Assembly: GCA_051294375.1 (NCBI GenBank)
Contig: CM119269.1
Location: forward strand, 21,127,665 to 21,191,664
DNA length: 64,000 nt
Source: Paraspadella gotoi
Lineage: Eukaryota > Animalia > Chaetognatha
Reading direction: 5' to 3'
In this document: positions 28,265 to 41,858 of the stretch, one piece after another
Layout: the number at the start of each line of letters is the position of its first letter
Numbering within the stretch: position 1 is the first letter of the stretch
The notes under the pieces: model-generated
What the model was told of the DNA's origin: nothing
What the model saw: the letters and a program-made list of their open reading frames with translations, nothing else
Databases searched by the model: none
Position numbers and translations under genes: made by a program

Positions 28265-29549
28265 TTCTTGCCGACGAAACCCAAAATTTAAATGAATTAC
28301 GTTTAGCGTAGAAAAATCTATAGACGTTTATAGGTCAATTTTCATACGCTCGTCTGTCATCCGGCCACATCCATATTGTGTGTTATAAATATTTAAGTGA
28401 GTCAGTGTCTAATAATAAACCAGGATATATTTCAAAGGCGATTAAGAATAATACTTTACTTTAGTTAAGGTTAGCACTGAGTTCAAGCCCGGTGGCCGAG
28501 TAAAAAACAGGATCGGTCCATCCAATGCGTTACGCCGCAGTGACTTTCTTTTCACACGTATTTCCCTGTGATCACCTGACTACATGACTATGAAATTTAT
28601 GTAAAACAAACGTCTTATGGTTGATCACCACTGTGCAAAGTTTTATTTCAAACTATCAGACATTACGCAAAATATGCCGCATTTGCTTTGCGATTACATG
28701 AAAGTAGTTTAGCGTGGAGACGAGACGAAACAAGTACATGGTGACAATTTTACAAGCGCCGGTAAAAAAACGCTGTCATTTGCAAACCCATGAAGATTTT
28801 TTCAATGTTAGATATGAATTTAAAAGTAAAAACCCAACCTATTTATATATGCATATATTTATATATTTATCAGAATCTACTTTGATATGCCTCAGCAATG
28901 ATAGCAGGAAGATGGATTTGAAAATCGTCTCTAATTTTTAAACTCATTTTTTTAGATTTGTTTTTTTCTCTTACTTACAGTAAGTTTTTTAAAAAAACTT
29001 GAAATAAAATAATATTAATATTATTATCTTCAGAAAGCCATTTCAAATTTAAAAAAAATGACGTACTTACGAATACTATAGTATAAAATTAAACCGGCCC
29101 AGCTTTAATTTAATTAGGATAATCAAAAACGGGACATCTTTCCAAAAATCAGTAGCTGGAGGGTAAATTTAAGATTTTTATCAAACTGTGATTGGCTATC
29201 TTAAATTTTTTTTCTCAGGCTCTTTCAAGTTTCATGATACTTATATATATAAAAATATTTTATTTTATAATAATTTAAACTGGTCATATATTTAAAAAAG
29301 ATATTTAAAATTTTTGATAATTCATTTTTGACTCTCTTAATTGAAACAAGGCTGGGCAGCTTAATTTTTATGTAAGAGCTTTCATAAATATATCATTCTT
29401 TTCATATTTTTAAGGGCTTTCTGAGGATATTAATATTGTTAATATCTTAATAAATACTTTATTTAAAAAAGTGCTAAAAGTTAAAAAAAAATTGAATTTA
29501 AAAATAGTGATTGGAAAATGAAACCCGATTTTAAAAGTCAACTTTCTCC

Positions 29550-29784
29550 TATGGTGGACTAAAATCCACCAACCGTTCATCAGTGTCCATTGTTGCCGGA
29601 GGCAAGACAACCGCCTCCCAACCCAAAAGGTCCAAGGTTCTAGCCCGGTGGTCACCTAGCAGTTAAGAGGGAAGGGGCGCTTAACCCGCCTGTAACACGG
29701 TGTTACAGCCTGATCCGAAGCTCAGGGACTGCTTATATTGAACGGTTCAGTCTCTAACAAATAATAATCATTACTGTCTCTTCA
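29550..29784 (+). mobile_element. SINE family A copy
   Basis: High identity to 19622-19852. Confidence 0.75.
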
Positions 29785-30352
29785 GTACCTAAATAAAATA
29801 ATCAAAGCATATAGAACACGACAATAAAGAGTAATTATCCAAATCTTTATTTAAACACTCAAAAGAATTACAAAAATCAGAGTAAATTCAGAAATATACT
29901 AAAAAAATATTGAATATCAATGAAAGGACTGAATATTAACGAACGACGTAAGAGACAATGATGAAATGATGAAATGATATCCAAGACGATAAATCCTTGT
30001 GACAAAGTAAAGTTCGAACTCAGATATCACGATTCGCGAGTCTGGATCTAACAGTCACGTCATGTCATGTCATATCATGTCACAAGAAATAAATGTGATA
30101 AGGCAGTCACTGCTGTGCATCACATTTGAATTACTGTTCTTGTTTCTGTCTTAACAAATGAGCAACTAACTATAGGCGAATTATGAGCATTTTTAACGTA
30201 AGTGGGACAGACCGACAGACAGACATACCTACGGACGGAGCGACCGACCGACCGACCGACCGACCGAAGAGTGACTTATAGAGTTGCTCCGCGAGCTCTC
30301 GCGGCGCAACTAAATAAAAAAAGCGAAATAGAGAGAGAGACCGCGCAATTAC

Positions 30353-32371
30353 CTGAAGACGTTTCATTGTGGCGCTGATTCAATTGATCACTCTTCTCCA
30401 ATAAGGGATGTGACGGACTGCTACGTCGGTCAGTATTCACTATTATGCTACCCCTTCCGTCCATGTTAATGCTTCTGGATCCTGTGATATGGTTTTGATT
30501 GTAAATATAAATGGCAAACAAAAGCACTTGACCATTTCCCATTGACCAATTGACCATTCAGAATTGAACCCCGTAGAGACAGCTCTGTCAACAGTAATTA
30601 ATGAACTAGGACACAGCACATATCACCAATCAGATCACCATCAACGCCCAATACCTGGCCTAGCGAAAAAAGAGCTATTGATACACAAATTCTTGATTCC
30701 CACTTCGTCTTCTCTGACCCGATGAAAGCTGGTTCCGTGGAGGAACTCGGAGGCGGATTTCGCCAATACAGGATGAAGGAACTTGACCTCGTCGGAAAAG
30801 GCGAATCGCGCGAACCTCGATAGCAGGTCAGTGTGGGAACGCATCATGTATAGGTTCATCATTCATGCTTCTTGACAGTTTATAAAAGCTTAAAAATGAC
30901 TCAAGTTTTAACAATTTAATATATTCAATAATATAATTTCATTTTAATTATTTAAAACTGAAAAAATATTCGTGTATTATTGTACTCTAGAAATGAAGGG
31001 AGCATCGAAAGAATCTGCCCTGCTTTTCTATAAATTTCTTTCCTCGCCTGTGTTTTGACAAAATCGTGGACATGTCGTAAGCGTTAAATAGCACGCATTC
31101 GCTCATTCCCTCCAAGGTGTCCATTTTGGTTGCCACAATTAGAAATGGTTTGTCCTTAACCTGGTCAATGGATTCTCTGATGTCTTTGTCTTATTAAACC
31201 TCGAGGCTAAATTTTACACTAGCCGAATTGAAAACATCCTCAGAAGACTTTGACCATTCCCCCCTGCAATGTTTTTTTATTATTTGAATATTTGTCTTAC
31301 GTAAAAAAGCATCGTTCAACAAAAACCCATTTCTATTAAAAAAAACATTCAAGTATTAAGTTTCTTGTTAGCCATTTTTGTTTAAGGTCAAGATTGGGTT
31401 CCTTTTCATCCTTTTTCAATAGCCACAAGTTATTTATAAACAAGAATTTCAATTAAATGGCCATATAGGTAAATGGAATGAATTGCGGCTCTGACATCAC
31501 CTCCGGGTGATTTAGCGTATCTAAAAGAAGTTTCGCCGTCAAAAGTACGTTCTTTTTATTTGTGGAATCGATGACGAAGATGAAGGCGTGCATTTCGCTG
31601 TAAAAGTTATCCCACTCGGGGATAAGCTCCTCAGAACCTCCGATATCGTGAAAAAGAACCTGTTGAATAGAAGATGAGAGTACAAGGACGCTAAACAGTG
31701 TTCAATAAGTCGCGGTACGCACTATCTCATTTAATTTTTCAAAATTTTTTGCATCTTTTCTTAGGAATTCCAAAAACGAGTCATTCAAACGACGAACCTT
31801 TTTCCGTAACGCTTTTATCTTTCTTAGCTTATTTTTGTCGACTGACAGACAGATACAGAAAAGCGACTAAAAATCATTTTACATTCATTCGTGACATTCG
31901 TACTATGTAGTGACTGGGACCAACAAAAAGATTGGCAGAAAAGTAGATAAGAAATAAGTCAGGAATAAGGCATCGATCAAAGTCTAGGTCTACAAGAATC
32001 GATGGGCAAATTATAAAGAATAATTTGAATTAATTCGATTATGAATATGATATAATTTTAAAATTGATTATCTTCAACCTTGTATCCATTGATCCTCGCT
32101 TTTTTTAGACTGATGCCAAGCGTTCGAATCACAGGGTTCTTTTTCGTAGATTCTCCCGTGACTTGCCTGATTCAAGGCAACGTGTAGCTAAGAATTCTCT
32201 TCTAGAGGTCACACCAGGCTTGCATTTGCTTGCCTGAGCAGGCACGTCTTTCCCGAGGAGAAAGGCCCAATGATGAAGACGTTGCATTGCGATTTTGTTG
32301 AATTGCCTTTCGATGCTCGAGCTCTTAGGCTTGGCGTTTTCGGACTTGACCTTGCCGAAGCAGAAAGACAT
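30353..32371 (-). CDS. ARL13: ARF-like small GTPase, ARL13-like, divergent; N- and C-termini uncertain
   Basis: P-loop IIGPFSSGKT (exon ending 32234), exon 32166-32079 (RTLGIS, switch I), 31659-31501 (HDIGGS..W.NFYSE.HAFIFVIDS...LNHPE), 31160-31048 (KPFLIVATKMD). Missing catalytic Gln after DxGG and the HP..K.KP segment match ARL13. Confidence 0.75.
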
Positions 32372-33106
32372 TCCCTCTTTCACAAATTAACGAATGGGTC
32401 AGAGGGGAAAAGTGTCTGATTTAAAAATGTAAATTAGTAGTAAATTAGTTCATCAGCTTTGTTATTTCGTTTCTGGCAATGTTCAGTCGTCACCTGCGCG
32501 GTGAACCTGTTTACGTTCACTAAAGCCTCCTGATGTGTGAAATTCCTATATACTAATAGCCTTTGACTTTGTTTCAGAGTTTTGAGAGCGCGGTGGAACT
32601 TAAAAAGAGACCGAAGTTGACTAAAATCTGTGGGTAACGCGAATTTTTGGCGCTTTTAGATTTTTGATGTCATTTTCTTATTGAATTTGAGCGAAGGGCA
32701 GAGATAAACCGCATCGGCGCAATATCAGATAAAATTGAAAGAAAACGAAGGCGAAAATGAACAAAAATATAGTATCTAAAATTAAAGCTATAAGAATAAT
32801 AAAATATTTTATTGTCTGATGAAAATGTTTACCTCTTTAACTTTGACTTTAATCAAACACGAAGGAGAAGTTTACCCCCCCCCCATTTACCCATGCAAAT
32901 CATGCGACTGTGCCATGTTTTATCTATAAGAACGCATTATTACTCACTTTATATATGGTATGCACCATTCACATGGCACAAGAACTCACGGACGAAAGTT
33001 GGTTGGAGGGACGGACTGACCGATAAAACGAGGCACTCACTAAATCATCAAAGAAATGAACTTATATACGGATTGGCCGGACAACTGACTATTAGTCTAG
33101 ACTATT

Positions 33107-33161
33107 AGTGGGGCATTTAGTTCGTGATTAGTCAGACTAATCACGAACTAAATGCCCCACT
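33107..33161. repeat. Perfect hairpin, 27-bp arms
   Basis: AGTGGGGCATTTAGTTCGTGATTAGTC-A-GACTAATCACGAACTAAATGCCCCACT. Confidence 0.9.
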
Positions 33162-33733
33162 CCTGCTGATCAAACAAAAGATCGACGGTAAAGAATCACT
33201 ATTGCCAAGTAATATCACTCTCACTCCTCTCCTCTCATCCTTCCTACAATAACGACCATCAAATTAAAAAATTCATGATTGTAAACTGTTTACGTTCACC
33301 AAATCTACATGGTGACAATTTTACAAGCGCCGGTAGAAATACGCTGTCATTTTCAAACCAGTGGTTATTTCATTGATTTTATGACATTATATAGTACTTG
33401 GATATTATAAAATAGCTTCCGTGTGTTTAACTATGTATTTCACGATCGTTAATAAACACAATAACAATATTTATACCGGACTTCTCTAGTTTGTGACCTG
33501 TTCCGCCTTCATGATCACGTTCGAAGAAGCAATGAAAACGAGATAAGAGATGCTCTGCTTAAAACTGATCTTATATCAGGTTCAGGATTGAGCGAGCTCT
33601 TCAGCTTGCAATCTTCCGACTTCGAACCTTTCTACCTTTCAATTAAAATTCGCGAACGCAAACCAGTAATATTTAAATAATTTACGAAATATAATAGTAA
33701 ATATAAATAAATATAAATATAATAGTTTACGAA

Positions 33734-35290
33734 ATGGCAACAACTAAAGAAGTTTTTTTGCCCTCGTCATCCTCGTCCACGTCGACGCCAAGACCGCCTT
33801 CCGGCCCCGTCGCCCGCCACCCTCCTCTCGACGGGGGTTGGGGTTGGGCCGTGGTCGTCGGGTGCTGTCTCTTTCACATCTGCATGGCGGGGATCCACAA
33901 GAGTTTCGGGGTTCTCCTCGTCGGATTCATCGAACGATTTCCTGACGCCTCCGTCGCCGCCATCTCAGGATTCGGCGCCGTCGCTTTTTCGCTCATCCAC
34001 ATAGCGGCGCCCATTGCGACTTTTCTAATCCGCCGCGGGGCCAACTGCAGAACTACGGTATTAAGCGCCGGTGCTTTGATGGCGTCTGGATGTTTCGCGA
34101 GCGCCTTTGTGACCAACGTAGCCGGGCTCTACTTTACTTTCGGCGCGTTCGTGGGCGTCGGTCTGGGCATGGGCTACACTTCTGGAATGGTCATGGTCGG
34201 AACGTATTTTGAAAAGCGCCGCGGCCTGGCAATGGGAATGGCGACAGCTGGTAGCGGCGTCGGTGGCCTCGTTCTTGCGCCAGTCTGGAGACGACTCTTC
34301 GATGAGTACGGCTACAGGTGGACGTTGCTGATGGTTGGCGCCGTGATGCTGCACGTATGCCTAGTTGGGTCTCTATACAGACCGATCGAAGACAATTACC
34401 CCGAGAAAAGATCTTCGCATGATGTGTCCAAGCATCGAAAATCAGTTTCAGTAGACGTTTCAAAATCAACCTCGGGAGCGGTCGAATGCCTCCGTCGTCT
34501 CGGCTTTGACGTCACTATTATAAAAGAAGCCAAGTTCACGCTCTACCTCTTGGCTTTCAATTTAACTGCACCGGCCATGATCGGCTCGTGGGCGATGACG
34601 CAGCCGCTCGCCATTTCTACCGGGATTTCGTCCAACGACGCCGCCCTTCTCGTCTCCGTCAACAGCGTATGCGACGTTTTGGGTAGAGTTGGAGCCGGCG
34701 TCTTCAGCGACGTTCACGCGGTCAAGGTAGTCGCCGCTTTATCTTATATGTATCACCTAATAAGTAAAAACTAATATTCCTAAAAGATTTATAGTAAAAA
34801 CCGGCGTTGTCTCGCTAAATTTGTTTGGTCAGCGTCATCGCCCTCTCATCCTGGCCGGTCTCGCTCTCCTTCACGGTCTCGCGGACATTGCGGTCATTGC
34901 AGTGTCTTCCTTTGTCGGATTCGCCGTTTACAGCGTCGTCTACGGTCTTCTTAACGGATCCGTCATCGCCTCCCGAGCAATCGTCTTGCAGGTGGGGGCG
35001 TCTGAGAATTAAGTCTTATCCCGACACCATTCTCTTACATCCTTTTCTCCCTGACCCATTTCCCCCAGGACATTATGGGCGGAGAGAATTTGGCCAACAC
35101 TTTCGGTCTTTTCAACTTTTTGACTGGATTCGGTCTTTTCGCCGTTCCGTTGATTTCGGCGGTGCTGGCCGACACTTTCGCCTCCTATCGGGCGCCGTTT
35201 GTTTTTAACGGCACCATCGTAATCATCGCCGCCGCATTCCTCGCTGGGACGGCGCTCATTCATCGATCACATATCGAGAACCATCGTTAA
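33734..35290 (+). CDS. SLC16: Monocarboxylate transporter (SLC16/MCT, MFS)
   Basis: Exons 33734-34726, 34833-34991, 35069-35290; signature PPLDGGWGWAVV, YFEKRRGLAMG, YGYRWTLL, GRV..G. Confidence 0.94.
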
Positions 35291-35587
35291 ATTTTTTTCC
35301 TAAAATTTATTCAACTACAATGAATCCTTTGAACGACTAAGAACCAGACTAATGGTTAATTATTGACTATCAAAATGCTCAAAGGATTAAGATTTCACTC
35401 TCCGTTGTAATTATTTGAAATCCTTAATTATTCGGTATTAATAATTCTACCTCTCATTAAAGTGATAAAAATTAATAAAAACCGAATTTATAATAAAAAT
35501 AAAAATTTTAAAAATGAATAAGAGGAAGTAATCTTAAAAAAGACGTTAAGGCTAACTAAAACTATCCTTCAATCATAATATACGTTT

Positions 35588-35708
35588 TGAAGAGACAGAA
35601 ATGATTGTTAAGTGTTAGTGACAGAACCGTTCAATATAAGCAATCCCTGAGCTTCGGATCAGGCTGTAACACCGTGTTACAGGCGGGTTAAGCGCCCCGT
35701 CCCTCTTA
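35588..35708 (-). mobile_element. SINE family A, 3' fragment
   Basis: Reverse complement of the 3' half; a 5' fragment lies at 44810-44851. Confidence 0.7.
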
Positions 35709-36150
35709 GACTGGAGAAAAAAAACTACTTTTTTACTTTTTAAAAAATGTTTTGACGAGCAACAGTTACAGCTAAAATTGATAAATTATAGTTAATTAGA
35801 CTCGCATAAGGTCAGAAGATGCCTTGTACATCATTTTAATTCCATAGGTACAGTTTCCCTCTTGATTCAAAATCTGACATACACCACCGAACTAGGGAAA
35901 AAAGGCAAACAAATATATTTTTGTGAAAAAATAATTATTTAGCTTCACTATATGCAACTGAAAAACTAAAGAAAAAAATTTAAAACTTACCCCCAAAAAA
36001 ACTTTGGGGTCAAATATTAACATTCACATCGACAGTTTTAATTGTATTCCCATAGATGATATGAATTTATTTTACCAAATTTATATTAATTTGGTCCAAA
36101 ATTCTGGTCACAAAAAAACACGATCTCATTTAAAAATATGAACGCTTAGA

Positions 36151-36310
36151 TTCAAAGTCAACTTGTTAAGTGGCAAGAATTCGGCTTTATCTAAAGATAA
36201 AATGAAACAAAGATTAACAATCTTTTACAGTTCTAATAGAACTGTAATCTTTGTTTCATTTTATCTTGAGATAAAGCCGAATTCTTGCCACTTAACATGT
36301 TGACTTTGAA
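36151..36310. repeat. Near-perfect ~160-bp palindrome (MITE-like)
   Basis: TTCAAAGTCAAC..TTAAGTGGCAAGAATTCGGCTTTATCT / AGATAAAGCCGAATTCTTGCCACTTAA..GTTGACTTTGAA. Confidence 0.85.
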
Positions 36311-36454
36311 TAATATTCTTCGCTTCACGCGAGAGATAAATAAATCCCTAACAACAAAGAAATTCGACTCAGAAAATAAATTCATGTTGCGGGATCTCTC
36401 CATGTTGACCCCGACAGTCCTACTTTTCGCCTCGTCGTTTTTTCAACTTTTTAA

Positions 36455-39400
36455 ATGGGATACCCAATACTCTTTAGACTTACTTCCTTGTCTTTGATAG
36501 TACTTACGGTAATATGTTGGGCCTATCAGGTTAGTAAACAATTGAAAAAAATACCTACCCATTGTAAATTAAAGAATACAAATAAAAGAATTCAAAACAA
36601 CAACGGTAATTTTTTTATATCAACAGAGCATGCTGGTCAAATTGACCAAAGTATTCGACGCTGCGTGGATCCTATGGTGCGTAGTGACAGTGTCATTCGT
36701 CGTCTTCCTAACTTTGTTACTCATTGGAGGCCGCAGCCCTCTCGGACCCAGTCATCTTTCAAAAAAGGTCCAACTTGAATTATGATCAATATAAATAGTT
36801 AAATACGCTTGATTTGAGCCAACAGTGAGATGCCCCCTCCCAATGGCCATCACAGGCAACTCGGCTGATGCCATACGGTAAAGATATCCTTTCGCAAAAA
36901 AAGATCGTGAAAGTTGATGTGGTTGTCATCGCCAAAATATATTGATAATAGAAGAAAGGAAAGAAAACAAGTTTGAGCAAACAAAGATGTGGAGCCGGAG
37001 CTAGAATTTTTATCTGGCCGGAGCCGAAAAAAAAATTTTGACCGGAGCTAGAGCTGGAACCGGAGCCGAAATAAAAATGCTAGTCTCCAGCTCCATAAAA
37101 ATAAAATAAGATTGTAATTATTAAATTTAAAAAAATATTAAAAAATAAATAAAATAATGATTTTTTTAATTGATATAATATCATAAATAAGATTAAGTAA
37201 ATAATAACAACGCAGAGAATGGATTGTCGAGTAGCTTGTCATTCTTGGCTTCTCCGCCTTTTCTTCTGATTGACCAATTGTAAGAAGCCCCCTCCTCGTC
37301 GACCTCAAAGAATCCACTTAGCGTCCACAAACGTTTATTATTTTGGAGAAGAGTCCCGTTTCAGAGCAGAATCCGGAATGACCGGGAAAGAGAGAAAGAG
37401 ACGAACGTCGATATCTCATATATAAAAGAGCATCTGAGTTGTAGATGGTAGTCCGGACTTTAAACAATATACTGTAAAAGTTACCATACTAGTTTTTTTT
37501 CCTTCATGGTACATTATATGCTTGAAAGGAATAACCACAGGTCGGACTAAGTGATAGACAAAAAGCCTTGGCTCAGATCAGGGTAAGGGAAGGTACTGGC
37601 CAGGAATAATGGGATTATAATTTATCCTTCCCACTCACCCTGAATAAACCCCAATAAAAACCCTAACCCTAATTAATTTGTCTTACCTACGATCTTATGT
37701 TATTTCCAGCAAGCCACTTTTTTTGCTCTTACCTTTTTTGCTGGAACCTTAACCCTAGTATTTTCAGATTCAGATCCATCCATCCAATCACGAGTAAATT
37801 GGAGTTTTTTGCTAACGGGGGACGGACTGGCGGATGAACAGACAGACGGACGGACGGACTTCGTTTTTTTGCTTAATTTATTATAATTCGAGGTTCTGAT
37901 ATGATAATAATTATTTACCGACAAGATTTTGGGGTGGGACCGACGGACCGACTGATAAGCAGATCCGACTAAAAAACAGAAGCCTTGCAACGAAAATTTG
38001 AAATTTGTGCTTAATGAAAGCTAAAGCAAGCGGTTCCTAAAGAAATCTCTGTTAGTCACGAATGCATTCGTGACTCTATATAATAATATTTGTCTGTCGG
38101 TCCGTCTCTCAATAAAATAAGAAGTATATATTTTTATAAAAAAGTAGTTATCATGGAAATCATATCCAATGAATAAGCAATAAGGAGGAAAATTTCAAAA
38201 GACCTGAAAAAGTTATGTCATTCAAGGAATTTTCTGAATCTCGTAAGTCGTAACCAGTAATGAATTGATACGTTAAGATAACAATAATGAACTTGATATG
38301 CAGAGGAACGTTCTAATAGGACCTCCGACCTGGGTCATATTTTACTGTAGCTGACCGAGTTTCCCCAGCATTTTTGATAATTCTTCTCTCAAATTTGTCG
38401 TTGATACAGTTTTATAGGTTGCCTGAGTTTGATCATCTTTATAGTCGGTACGAAGAAATGACTGTAAAATTTTTAATCGTTCAAATATTTAATTAGATGC
38501 GATGGGTTTTGGTGGTGGAGCCTTGCTTTGAAGTCCTCGGTTACGGATGCGTTTTTTATGCGATGCAAAATGTTCCTTTAGGTTAGTTATCAATCGATAA
38601 TTATCGTCCCCAGATTATATTGATTATTGAGATCTCGCTTTACAGGAGATGCAGTGACGATCTGGGACATGGACGTCATCTGGACGGCGATATTGTTCTC
38701 GATCATTCAGCGTAGATGTCTCAGCCCGATTCACATTGGATGCATTGTCGTCGCAGCCGTCGGTATCGTCTTAGTCTGTCAGCCAGAGTTCATATTCCAG
38801 GGAACTCACAGCGCGGTTTACGACGGTACGTCGTGTGTTAAAGAGCATATTTTTTTTATTATTTAAAGCCTAATAAGTTTGTTGAAATTTTGGCGCCAGG
38901 ATTTCCCAACTTAAGCCTCGGTTATGGAACGGCTTTCGCATGTTCGATCTGCTTCACTTTCATGTTTGTTTTCGTAGCTTTACTTCAGGATGCCGGTGTT
39001 CACTGGTAAACTCACTCATACTCATTCTTTTTTCATCGAATGTATTCGTCGCGTACGACAAATATGAAAACCATTTTTAAGATTTTTTCTCGCGTAAGAG
39101 AATTTAAATTCTTTACCGGTTTTTTGACGAAATAAGGACCGTAATAGAGTTCAACTTCGTTCCACTGGGATTCGTGATCTTGCCATTTTTCACTTGGATG
39201 GTTAATGATTGGACGCCTCCGCAAAACGTGACGTCGCAAAACTGGATCGCGGCTCTCGTCATCGCCTTATTGGATATCTTGGCCAGACTGTGCACCACGT
39301 TCGCATTACAGGTAAATAATATTGGGTTATATAAAAATGAAAAAAATAAAAGTCTAATTCACCGAAGTAACTCAGGTCGAGGCCCCTCCTCTCGTGGCGC

Positions 39401-40371
39401 TAACCGCATCGCTGGAGATTCCCTTTTCTTATCTCTTCGCTTATATTTTTGCCGGAGAAAGCCCAAATTATCTCACCGCCATTGGCGCCACGCTCATCTT
39501 TCTCTGCGTTTTGACTATGGGGGGCAAGGTAACTCAAAGTCTATATAATCTATATATATATATATATAGTCTATATAATCATCAGATATACCAACAAGAA
39601 TGGAAATTCCAATATGTGTTGCGCCGCAGTAGCTTTCTCATCTCTTCCGTGTATCTTCGACACGCGCTGCATTGGAATCTCGTATTTTATTCTTTATACG
39701 GGTTACTTTCACTTTCGCCGACCGGGGATAGGGAGGGGTTAGGGTTAAGGGTGATTTTGGGGTGGTTACTGATTAGGGTTAGGAGGGTTTAGGGTTAGGG
39801 TAATTAGGTAATATTTTTTTAAAAAAATAAGTATTGTTAAATAGTTCGAAAATTTAGGCCTTTATACAATAATATATATATAATATACTATATATACTTT
39901 ATACTAATTATATTTATAGTTTTCTTTAAAAACAAAAGGTAAGACTCGCAGTTGCTGAGTTTTGAGGTTCTATTCCTATTTTAACAAAAGAGCATCCAAC
40001 TAACGTAAGACAGATATTTTAAGTCAATAATATTTATGAAAAAACTTATTGGTGCAAATTAGTTAAAATGTAACCATCCCCTTGTAAGCAATAATTTTTA
40101 GCCGGACTGTATAGTCCCGATTAAACAAACCATACTTAACGATTAAGTTTATTAATAGACAGACATTGAACATCAACTCATGCATGAGCGAATGACTGAA
40201 AACGAAAATTTAAATCCGCAGGATTTTTGGGATGAGAGGAATCGATCGAAAGGGTTGGAGACGGATCCGCTGCTGCCTTCCGAGAACTCCAACGTTGAGT
40301 CTACGCAAAGGCGGCGTTCCTTTGCAGGAAGAAGGGTCATCTCCCCGGACAATTCAATCGATGTTGCTTGA
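36455..40371 (+). CDS. SLC35G/EamA (DMT superfamily) transporter-like protein
   Basis: Approximate exons 36455-36529, 36626-36768, 38497-38581, 38647-38826, 38900-39006, ~39148-39311, 39376-39528, ~40160-40371; motifs YAMQNVPLGDAVTI, GIVLVCQPEFIF, FALQVEA...VAL..SLEIPFSY, GE.P......GA.LI. Confidence 0.82.
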
Positions 40372-40738
40372 CATTAATTGGTGGTTTAGGGTTAGGGGTG
40401 GTTAGGGTTAAGAGGATTTAGGGTTAGGGTAATTAGTAAGGCGGGCCAAAATTGATCACTTTTTATCATTAGGAGTTCTGGAATGTAAAATTCATTTGTC
40501 CATTATATATTTAATCAATATTTACTATCATTTTTTTAACTAGTGAAGCACAGTATAACATTTAAGCATTTAAATATTTGTCAATGCATAGGCGATAAAA
40601 AAATTTTAAGAACGGATTCAGATAAAACTATAAAAAGTCATTTAAAAAAAATTTATGATTTATAACAATATGATAATTTTTAATTTGGAGAAAAACAATT
40701 ATTATTTGTTTTTGTCAACGAATTTTATTTGATATTAA

Positions 40739-40775
40739 GACATGTTTCGACTCCTGAGTTTAGAATTTTCATCAG
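40739..40775 (-). ncRNA. Degenerate hammerhead ribozyme motif (PLE type)
   Basis: Minus strand CTGATGA...GAGTC-GAAACATGTC, imperfect stem II, followed by the family AATAAAA-TCGTTG tail. Confidence 0.5.
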
Positions 40776-41858
40776 TTTTAAATACTTCTATGTTATTAAC
40801 TTTACATAAAAGCTTATATTTTTTTAAATTTCATTATCTCAGTTTTTACCTTGTTCCACCTTAATAATTAAATAATATTTTTTTTTAAATAAAAATTACA
40901 TTTGGATAATTCTCCTATAGATTGAATAATTTCAAAAATGAATTAATGTGTATAAATTTTATCAAAATCGGTTAAGTGGTTTAAAAGCTATGATTTTTCA
41001 AACTTAAATATTCAAAATCAAAAAGGGAAAATCGTCATTCATCATATTTTTTAATAACTTTGAAATTATTATTTAAGGATTTGTGACAATCCAATTATCC
41101 AGCTATCCTTCCGGATATCCCATATAATTTTCTTATATTTTTAATATATTATAATGAACATAAAAAAGATTAATCTTAAATGAATCAAATTTTTTGACGC
41201 TTAGCTTTGCTGTGGAGTACTTTATTTAAAAAAAATTATGCTAAACTCTTCATATTTTGATATATTTTAATTTACTTTTAAATTAAAAAAAAATCCAAAC
41301 ATACAGGGTGATTTTCAAAGGCTGATATAAAGAGGCGCGTTTTCTTTTTTTGAACATAACTGTACTTTTGAAACGGTTCATGGAGTTAACAAGAGTTAAC
41401 CAGACAGAGAGACTTCATTGAAATCTTGCTACTTCAATGTGCATATTAATAAAAATCTCGAAAGAAGCAAAATATTCAAACGTTGTTCGTAAAATGTCAA
41501 GTTTTAACTGCCGCATGGATCGCTTTCAGTCCTCTCTATTCCCTAAGATTACGAGAAAAAAACAAAACGACAATACCTTTATTTTGAAGTTGGTTATCAA
41601 TTTTTCCCTATGCGGTTACGGAAATCTTTGTTTTTGCCACGACTTTCAATTCGTCCGATATCTATTGATTTTCTGCACTATTTTAGCCATCAACAGCTCA
41701 ATAAGTTTTTGTGTAATGAAAAATAGGCCTCTAATTAATGTTTAAACGAATACTGCAATTAGCTTCTTGATATCAACACATTAACAATTCAACGTTATGT
41801 ACATATGTAGTACTTTTACTTTCATTCGCATAAGTGGAAAAATGTTTATTTTCGCGTG

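Noticed and set aside
39730-40435. Telomere or interstitial telomeric array
   Set aside because: TTAGGG units are few, degenerate and embedded in repeats; no long perfect array.
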